64,000 nucleotides of DNA from Phoronis australis (lineage: Eukaryota > Animalia > Phoronida): positions 335,594-399,593 of the forward strand of contig NMRA01000318.1 of NCBI GenBank assembly GCA_002633005.1, written 5' to 3'. Of this stretch, positions 54,156 to 64,000 are shown piece by piece. The stretch's first letter is position 1; the number at the start of each line of letters is the position of its first letter. The notes below the pieces were generated by a model. The model was given only the letters and a program-made list of their open reading frames with translations. It was not told the origin of the DNA and made no database searches. The position numbers were made by a program, and so were the translations under genes.

Positions 54156-55512
54156 ATTGTGTGTTTTTGTGCCCTTCCTAGTACCAAATCTGTTCTGATC
54201 AATTTTGTGAATGATTGTATAGTTGAATCAGGTTCGTCCTAAAATTTGTTGTGCTAATTTTATGTGCATGGAGTGAAATACTTTTTTGGTATCTGCTGTC
54301 TATGCAAATAGGGCAAAACTTAAAAGAGTTTGTTCAATGCAACATTTGATAAACCTGCCACTTAAGGAAATGGCCGTTTCCGTGGTTGTTTAGACAATGA
54401 ATGTTGATGATGAATTCGAAGGTATTTCAACTTCCTATACGAGTTGGATTCGTTTGATTGTTGTTCACCTAGGATCGTTGTAGTCAGTACTCTGATAGTA
54501 CCCTAAGGGAGAAAAGTATAGAAACAACCAATTTAGATAGAATTCATTGTTTTGTAACACTTATGATTTTATTGTCAGTGTGGAATTTGAGGGTGCTGTG
54601 AGAGTTTGTGATGGTTCAATTAGACAGCAGATTTGGTTAATTCCTGGTGTTACAGTCATGATTCTTTACAGGCTAAAAGCTTCTCGAATTCGATGTTTTT
54701 GTATTGACAAGGGGAAGTGAGTGGCCATTGAAATGGTGGACTGTGAGTGATGCCAGACTGTCTTTGTCTTGGTGACTTTGTCCCAAACGTGTTCAGCGAG
54801 GTTTTTGTTGCTCATTTTTTATGTACTCCAGGTTTCTACCTTATCCAAGATTGCTTCTTTGAAAATGTTGACTTGATAGTTTTTAGAACACTTTTTGACG
54901 GTGGTGGCAGGAAAAGTTGATTGCATTTATGTGTCCTCGACTGTGAGCTCGCCCAAGAAGTGTTTCACTCTATGTGAGGCAGTCTTATCCGCGTCTACAG
55001 GGCTCCCGGTCTTACGGTTCTTAGTATAGTCTCACCGCGATGCGGCATCCAGAAGCAAATGTTACATCCTCTGAATTATTGAATAGTCCACTGGGGTTTC
55101 GTCAGGGCAACCCAATAATAGGGTAACGAAAATTGTGACACATGGACATTGCCTTTAACTTGAGTTGCCCACTCATTCCAAAATAATTCATGATCAAATG
55201 ACTCTAATGATTTTCAACCCTAAAAGAAGTGTTAGGAATTGAAAATCGACTGTTACACTGCAACGAAATGCCCCTTGAAAAAATTACTTTATGAATATAT
55301 CTCTAAACTGGAACTAGGTGTCAAGTATTTGGGGTGTCTTGGCTGGTTTGAGTGCCGTGCCCGTCTGGACATAGTTTTGTTCTGAATAAGTTACTTAATA
55401 GGTTACCATCTTCTGTGTCAAAATTTTGTATTTATTTATGTTGATTGTATATGATTGACGATGTAGATTGGTTGTGTAGAGAGTGTATATACATGTGATA
55501 TCACACACACTG

Positions 55513-55518
55513 AATAAA
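55513..55518 (+). promoter_or_regulatory. Probable poly(A) signal of the long AAK1 isoform
   Basis: AATAAA ~1.36 kb after the stop, preceded by AU-rich TATTTATTTA (~55430) and followed shortly by repeat DNA. Confidence 0.55.
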
Positions 55519-55671
55519 GTGCAATGCTCAGTTGAGAAGTTGCCGTAACTTGACATTCAACCTGAATGTAGCAACTAAGTTGGGGACTCCATTAGTTATA
55601 GAAACTGTGCTGTTCAACAGGATAGTTGGAGAACCAGTGGGACGTAATTCACACTTTTGAGTGCAAAAGTT

Positions 55672-58024
55672 TTGAGTGCACAAGCCTGGGCTTTGGTCAC
55701 TGGGTCCAAAAGAAGATCCAAAAATCTATTTTGTTAAAATTTCGAGTTCAAAAAAAATCCGTTTCAAGTGTATTTCATTCAAAACACCACTCAAATCAAA
55801 GTAATGCATCTTAAAGGACTCGAAAGTGCCTGGCGTTATTAATTAAAACGCCTACTAATTAACGAGCAACTATCGATTTGTCAGCTGAGTGCTAAAACAA
55901 TTCTTTTTCCAAAATATGGTTTACTAACTCTGACACCATATCCACAATTTAAGACGCGATTTTTCTTGAGATTTGTAGATTAGACGGGGTGCTTGGATCC
56001 CATGAAGTGACCATAAAAAGACTCCCAAAATGAACTTGTATAAAAGGGAGAATACGAAAATTTTGATTACGACTATGGATTTAACATTATTTCAAATGGA
56101 CAAAAATACAACCTATGACATGAAAAATTATTAAGACACTTATTAATTAACGGCCAATTAACAAAGAAATACAACTGAAGACATCAATTTTCGGGAGTTA
56201 TTAATTACGAAACTTACTAATTAACGACCAGTTAAAGATTTACTCACACATTCAATAAAAACGAACAAAGATACGTCTGGTGTAACTGGCTAAGTTGGGA
56301 TCAAATTACAGCTGAGCTGCTTTAAGTATGTCTAGTGGTAACAAATCAGTACATGGAATTGTGATGCATGGCACATTCTATTGTTTCATGTTATTAGCTC
56401 GAAATCCAAAACGCAATTAAACTGCAAGCATCTAAGTTGTGATGGTCGTCACTCTCTTCATCGAATGATTCCATTCTTGTATTGTTAGAGGATCGTGATA
56501 TTCGTTTACTTCACTCTGTCCATACCATCATCTCTCAGCATCTCCACCATTATCATCTGGCTCTGTTTCGACTTGAACCTCTGGAATGAGCGCTGGGGGC
56601 ATCTGTTCTCTACTGAACCAAATGATGTGAAATTCGTCGTCAACATTTTCCCATTGGTGGGTGTTATGTCCAAGATTTGGAGATGAACGCTACCCCGTAG
56701 TCTAGCAACAAATGCATTTGTTGTGTCCTCGTGAAGCGCTAGTTACGCTTAACACGGTGGAATACTGCTTCCCTCGGTGCATGAGTGCTTAGCGTTGACT
56801 TTCATCTGTTCGTTTTGTCGACCTCGTTGAACCCGTGATGGTTGAGTGGGACAAGCTTCCATGCTCCAAACCAACACACAAAACAAAATTCTACAAGATT
56901 TTGGTGACTCCTTCTGTTAAGACATTGCGGCTCAATGAAGCAAAAGCTTTCTGGAACTTATCACTTTTTGCCACAGTAGCATATGGTCTGTTCTTACTTT
57001 TCGTTACAAATGCAGAGGTATAGTCTAATTCAGTGGCAGCGTGAAGTAGAGTACAGCACACATAGCTTGTGCTATCACACTATAGATCTTAGTTATGTTT
57101 AAATTACGCAGATCGTCTTGTCTTATAGCTTCAACCTCCAGCCACACCGTGAGTGTAACACAATGGACATGGAGTAGATAAGCTCTTAACTAGTGTAACG
57201 ATGTCGCCAGGTGCGGACCTGCTCGCCTCAATCATATTGAGGATGACTCTGGTGTCGGGTTCCGAGTGATTACAATTTAGAGAAGGAACTGATTCTGTGC
57301 ATACTTCTCATTTTTAACAAAGTACAGAGTGCACTCTCCCATCACATCATATACACCTCCCCTCCATCTAGGAGTGGACTGTAGAAGTTGCTCGACCAAT
57401 CCTTGGTGAGAAATCCTGATGGCTGCCATTTGAACAACTCCCTCTCGAGTTGTTTCTTGAAGCTTAAGTCTCTTTTCTGTTCAGGTCGTGGATATGTTGT
57501 CCAAGATTGCTTATTTATCTTTTGGGAAAAGACTTTTTGTTGCACTTTTAAAAGAGTTGAAATAAATTGTTAATTAATAAGTGTCAAACAAAATGATTTT
57601 ATACGTCTTATGGTGTATTTTTGTTTATTTTAAAATTAAAGTCTTTTATCCAGAAATCAAAATTGTCCTACTTCTTCTAGTTCTTTTTGGGGTCTTGTTA
57701 TCCCTTGGGGTCAAACACCCCGTCTAATCTGCACACTCCAGGAAAAATGGCATCTTAAAAGTTGTGGATATGGTGTCCATTGTTACTAAACTAGCTTTTG
57801 GAAAAAGTTTTTGTTCTTAAAAGTTGAAATAAATCCTTAATTGGTGGTAAATTAGTAGGCAACCTAATTAATAACCCAATACATTTTCACTTAAAAGTTG
57901 CATCATTCAGTTTAGTGTGGTGATTTGAATGAAATAAACTTGAAACAGATGTACTCGAACTTAATGTATTTTGGGTCCTCTTTTAGACCCACCAGGGACC
58001 AATGCCCAGGATTGTTCAACTTAA
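55672..58024. mobile_element. ~2.35-kb decayed DNA transposon with long imperfect TIRs
   Basis: 55672-56000 mirrors 57700-58024 (e.g. gacaccatatccacaa / ttgtggatatggtgtc; gattagacggggtg / caccccgtctaatc). Confidence 0.75.
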
Positions 58025-58929
58025 GACGCACCTTTCCTTCAATGGTAGGTGATTTACAATAGAATTACATGCTCAAACCCTTTGTGAATAGTCATGTTGG
58101 CTCTCCAACTAATTACATGCAGCCATGCATTGTTGTCGCCACTTCCCTTGACGACAGCTGGTTCTGGCCATGCCGTGTACAATCGTACATCGGATATTTC
58201 TTTTTCTCATAGCGCATGTGCTGGCGATCGATCGTAAACAAAGATTTATGCGATTTTTAGTATGCAAATTCAGTAAAATTCATAAACCGCGACACGCTAC
58301 CAGAGAAATAAGTCAAAATTCATGGAGACCCCAAACGATGGCCCGGTCGTCTACCATGCTTTCCCGGTTGTCAGTCAAGTATTTGCACGCGTGTAAATAA
58401 CATTCGAGATCAATGGTTTTAAATGAGTCAAGGTCGTAAAAATATGACTTCTTTGCAGTTTTTTTGGCAAAAAGCTTTCAGTGGCCTAAGTGTAAGCATA
58501 GAACTCTGGCCCTGGAATGCCAACTCCTGCAAGTAACCAGTGCATTATTAGAGTTTGCTACCTCGAGACTAGACTGGAGAGTGAAGGCCAAGAATATCCA
58601 CACACTCTTATTTTTCAAAAAAAAAACAAGTGAAACCATCCTCAATGCATATTTTCACTACAAGGTGAACAAAACGTACAAATAAGGTTAAATAGACCTC
58701 CTACTGGCAATAAAGTCAGGGTAAAAACTTGTTTTAACCAACAAGAGCAACGCTGAGCATTGAAATGCGCCCACGAATACGCCGCAAACGGTGTGCTTCT
58801 AGGCCAGGGTTGTTTATCTGTATCATAAAAATGGCGCAAAAACGTTGAATCTATCCAAAAACGGAACGGGAACGTGCCATCGCTTCCTTAACACATAGTC
58901 ATTTATCAAATCTCACAAAATATGTGAAT

Positions 58930-60940
58930 GAACTTCATAGAAATAAAGGAAAACGGAAAAAATAAATTACCACTAGGGGATACAGCGTTTGTTGGATCTG
59001 CCTGAAAGTCGTCGTCTGTTGTTAGCTTCATATAAATACACTTTCTAAATTTAATAAAGAGTGTTTAGGAGGGCACAAAACAAAACATAGCTACTACTAG
59101 GAGGTGCCACATTAGTCGAAGTCGTCATCGTCGATCGACCTCTTTACACTGAGAACATTATATATTAGGCTGTAAGCCAATTTTCAAAATCATCTTTAGA
59201 ATAGTTTGGTTAGATAGAGGGGTGGATACCACAAAACAGACTCAAAAACCGCAAAAATGGCCACCAAGTGGGGCAAAATATCTTGATTTCGTCTGAAAAC
59301 AGGAGGATAGCATCTGCTCACCAATAGATGCCAATACGCCAAATTTTCATGAAAATACGTTGAGGACCTTTGAATATAGGCCTACATATCGAGGTAAACG
59401 TAAAAAATAAAATTGCCACTAGGGGCAAATCCGTCCGAAAGTCGTCGTCGTCCGTTGTCAACATCATATAAATACACTTGCTAAATTTAGTAAAGATCCT
59501 GCAAACGGTTTAGGAGATACCTGCAGCCATGGGCGCAAAAAACAAAACTGTCACTAGGAAGCGCCACAGTAGTTGAAGTCGTAGGAAAATCGGCAGCTGT
59601 CCTCTTCATAGGAAGAGAAAACATGCCAATTTTCACAATCATCCTTAGAGCGGTTTGATTGACAGAGGGGAGGACGCGAAAAAACGGACTCGAAAACAGT
59701 AAATAGCCATTAGGTGGCTTAAACTACGACGAATCCATCCGAAACGCAGATTAGAGCAGCAACAGCTAGGAGGGCAGCGACAACAAGAAGAGCTGGATGA
59801 AGTACAAGCAGTTTTAGATCAGAATAAGTGACAGATAAGAACCATACCAAATATATATTTTTGTTATGCACCCATCCGTCCGGGCGACGACGGTCCGTCC
59901 GGCGTCCGCTGCTCTATCTCCAAAACCGACGATGGACGTATGCTCGTGAAATTTTGCACATGCCCTTTTGGATGGAACGGCATGAGCGAACTTTCGGACG
60001 GATCCGACTACCGGTGTGCCCCCTAGTGGCAATTTTAGTTTTTTACGTTTACCTCTGTATCTTCAAAGGTCCTCAAGGTGTTTTCATGAAACTTGGTATA
60101 TAGGCATCTATTAGTGAAACGAAGACATTCTCTCATTTTCGGATGGATTCGACATAGTTTATTTTTACTGTTTTCGAGTCTGTGTTTTGACGTCCACCCC
60201 TCTATCACCCAGCCGGTCTAAGCATGAGAGTGAAAATTGGCATGTTCTTACTATGAATAGGACGGTTGACGATGATTTTCTGATGACTTCAACTACTGTG
60301 GTGCCTCCTAGTGTCAGTTTTTTTGCACCTATGGCTTCATCTCCTAAACCGTTTTGCAGCATATTTACTAAATTTGGTAAGTGCATTGATATCACGTGAC
60401 GTTGTCAATGGACGATGACGACTTTCGGACAGATCTGACAACTGGTGTGCCACCTAGTGGCAACTTTATTTTTTACGTTTTCCTCTGTATCTTCAAAGGT
60501 CCTCAACGTATTTTCTTAAAATTTGGCGTATAGGCTTCTGTTAGTGAGGAGGCTCTATCTTTCCATTTTTAGATGGATTCGACCTAGTTTGCGCCACCCA
60601 GTGGCCATTTTTACTGTTTGCGAGTCTGTTTTTGGCATCCACCGCTCTATAAACCAAACCGATTCAGGATAATTGTGAAAATTGGCATGTATGTTTTTAC
60701 TATGAAGTGGACGGCTGACGATGATTTTGCGATGACTTCGACTACTGTGGCGCCTCCTAGTGACAGTTTCTTTTTTGCGCCCATAGCTGTGTCTCCAAAA
60801 GCGTTTGGAGGATCTTTACTAAATTTAAGAAGTGTTTATATGATGTTGGCAACGCACGACGATGATTTTGGGATGGATCTGAGTACTGGTATGCCCCCTG
60901 GTGGCAATTTAAGTTTTACGTTTACCTCTGTATCCCTTTC
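58930..60940. mobile_element. Two oppositely oriented HINE/Helentron-like tandem-core arrays (~145-bp subunits with CCACTAGGxGGC)
   Basis: cactagg cores ~58970-59710 on +, inverted cores ~60020-60900; GTCC-rich microsatellite ~59870-59910. Confidence 0.6.
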
Positions 60941-61699
60941 GAATGTCGGGGATGCAGCCATCAAGAGTTGAGTAACCGTGGACCAACACGGAGAAGTTAA
61001 ATGACCGGTAGCAATGAGTTGCCTCAAGTAGCTATAGCTCAGATCTAACAGTGCTAAAATACGAAATTCCCGACGAACTAAATAAAAGCTATTGGCTGGT
61101 CAGCTCAGCTTTGATTCACTTGCGACAGGCAGCTCTTACTGGCCGTCTACGCTACCTCTTAACTCACGATTCGTTTTACTCATGATTGTGATCCAGTTTC
61201 GGAAAAACTTCATTTTACTATGGTCATTCTTTGAAGTTTTTTATTGAAAACATGAGGTATCAAGGTTCCTGGTATACTGCCTTTGGGGCTGCTTCAAAAT
61301 CTTTCTGGTGTTTGGGGAGAATAATACAGTGTTTCCCAAAAACGTACATACTTCAATGCTTGGAGTTCAAATTCAGCTCCCGTGGTAATACTGTTTGTGT
61401 GATGCTGTGAACATTTTGTGAGCGAAAACTGAATTGTTGGATATGGAAATCATAAAAGACGGTAATAGATGTCTGACATCGGACAAATGAAAACAATGAT
61501 ACAATGAAGTACTGTCACTTCATTTTATGTTTTCAATGTGGAGGAGGATTTTAGATTCATCTTTTATATCCGCTTTATACGACCGTCCACTTTGAGCTGA
61601 CTTGGGGGCCTGAACTGCATCTTCCCTGGGTTACATCAAAATGAGGCAGTGTTATAACAAAAGCAATGCTGGGTCGTTGCCATGCGCCCACACTTCATC

Positions 61700-62801
61700 G
61701 CATACGATGATTCTAGGGGCTACTAGGAGGTGCTGTAGCAGTTGCATCAGCCAGAAAATCAACTGGTGCCGGCACATTGTCATCATATACCGCCAAGTAA
61801 CGTTTTCATTGAAATCCGTCAATCAGTTCTATACATTAAAGCCAGAAACGCTCTTCTAATGAACACTTGAAAAGCCCGTTCTCGAGAACAAAATATTGCT
61901 GGCATATGGTCATCATATGACTATGTAAAGTTTCAGTGAAATTCATCAATCGGTTCTCTAGAGACCATCCAAAAAGCAAAATAGTCACTAGGAGGTGCTA
62001 CGGTAGTCGAATCCACCCGAAAATTTAATGGTGCCGCCGCTTTGTCATGTCAAACCACTGTATCAACTTTCATTGAAATCCGTAAATCCGTTCTACAGTT
62101 ATCATCCGGATCCGCTCTCTCACAAAATGGCCACTGAGGCCCTAAAGTAGCCACAGAACGAAAATCAATTGGCGGCGGTGCAACATCATCATATACCTTT
62201 GCGTCAAGTTTCAGTGAAATTTACCAATCGGTTGTCTTAGAATTATCAGGAAACGGTCTACCGCCAAACAACACTTCAAGAGCCCGGTGCTACCGGTAGT
62301 TGAAAATTTAATGGTGCCGGGCACGGGCACATTGATATCACACACCTTTGTGTCAGGTTTCATTGTAATTCGTTAATTCGTTCTCTAGATATCCGGCCAC
62401 TAGGACACTTTGCAGTATTCGAAATCAAGTGGTGCCGCCGCAAATATACCTCTGTGTTAAGTTTCAACTTCATCTGCCCATCAGTTTTCTAGATATCACC
62501 CGGAAACGCTCTTCTACCCAAAACAACATGAACAGTCCATCGTTGAGAACAAAATGGCCACTAGGAGGTGCTACAGTGATTGAATCCACCCGACAATTTA
62601 ATCCGGTGCCGGAGCATTGAAATTACACACCTGCATAGGCGGATTTTGGAGGGGCAGGGGCCCACCCCCTTCCTTGACAGCTGAAAAAAATAAAACAGCA
62701 AGAACGTGAAAATATTGAGTTTATTTATTAACCTCGGTAATTAACATGCGAGTGGACGAAGATTTACACTTGTCAAGGTTTAGTTTGTGCTTTCACCTGT
62801 G

Positions 62802-62847
<46 letters not shown>

Positions 62848-64000
62848 TGTGTGTTTGGCGGGAGCTCGCACCTTCTTTTAGTCCTTTGTATTTTAGTAAA
62901 AGGTCAACATCCTCCGAAATTCAAGCGCCCCGAGGCTGGGTGCACGCATGCAATCGTGCTTTGCGCCACTGCCCGAGGCAAAATGTTGCTCCCCCCATGA
63001 TATCCTTGATCCGTCACTGAAGTGGGTGTCAAGTTTCATTGAAATCCATCGATGCGTTTTCTAAATATAATCTGGAAACACTCTTACCCCCAAAAATACA
63101 GAAAAGCCACCCCCCCCCCCCGACCACAGGCTGGGGGCAGGGCACATTGAAAAGTGACATGAACCATTTTAATGATGCCACACCCTTGAGCCACACATGC
63201 ACGAACGCGCACATACGCACACAAACTCAAGCGCGCACATACACACAAACACACAGGCGCATAAAAAACGAGACGGTACCAAACATTGAATGCATTGCAG
63301 CGGAAGCCGAGAGATTGGTGTCATTTTTTTCTCAGATTATGGTTCAATTAAGTACGGTTTTATAAAATGTCATGTTTAGGTTCAGACAGTTTTTTAGCTA
63401 CAGTCAGTGCATATTTTCTCACATAGATTTCTCGAAACATATGCACCTGTCACGCACAGCAGCTGCCTGAAAGTGGTCATCGTCTGTTCTCAACTTCACA
63501 TGAATACTCTTGCTAAATTTAATAAAGATCCTGCAGCGGATTTAGGACATACAGCTGTGGGTGCAAAAAACTGCCACTAAGAGGTGCCACAGTGGTCAAA
63601 GTCCTCATCTTCAACCGTCCTGTTCATACTGAGAACAGATATGGTAATTTTCATAATCATCCTTGGAATGGTTTGCTTGATAGAGGGGCGGATGCCAAAA
63701 ACATATTCAAAAACACCATAAATGACCATTAGGTGGCGCAAAATACCTCAAATACTTCCGAAAATGGATAGCGTCACATCACCAATAGATGCCTATATTC
63801 CAAATTTCATGAAAATCCATTGAGAACTTTTGAAGATACAGAGGTAAATGCAAAAAAGTAAAAATTGCCACTAGGAGGTACACCAGTATACAGATCCGTC
63901 CAAAAGTTGTCATCGTCGGTTGTCAACTTCACTTGCTACATTTTGTAAAGATCTTGCAGAGAGTTTAGGAGACGGGCGCAAAAAACAATACTGCTACTAG
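61700..64000. repeat. Further CACTAGGAGG-core repeat arrays plus a (GT)n-containing element head
   Basis: Repeated cactaggaggtgc...tttca(t/g)tgaaat; (GT)n 62798-62853; 63440-64000 resembles 58970-59560. Confidence 0.65.

Overview
Eukaryotic, AT-rich animal genomic DNA, most likely an invertebrate; the taxon cannot be fixed from sequence alone. Two multi-exon genes sit head-to-head with start codons about 450 bp apart. On the minus strand is ASH2L (COMPASS subunit): 12 candidate coding exons reconstructed (two are alternative first exons), from 13234 down to 1072, continuing beyond the window start. On the plus strand is a complete AAK1/BMP2K-type NAK kinase, 13682-54155: 18 exons with consistent phases, a polyQ exon, and alternative short and long C-termini. 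Introns and the 3' flank hold a LINE fragment, tRNA-derived SINEs, MITEs, a long-TIR element, Penelope-type minimal hammerhead relics and HINE-like tandem-core elements. The most striking unexplained structure is a set of unrelated tandem repeats (28, 41, 86 and ~55 bp units) anchored at splice acceptors in both genes. In three of them the last unit is the real acceptor, and in the longest array the decoy AG dinucleotides have been lost repeatedly. A ~100-bp-arm intronic hairpin with strand-biased G-U wobbles also stands out. All exon calls were made by manual translation and GT-AG/phase checks; no database searches were run.
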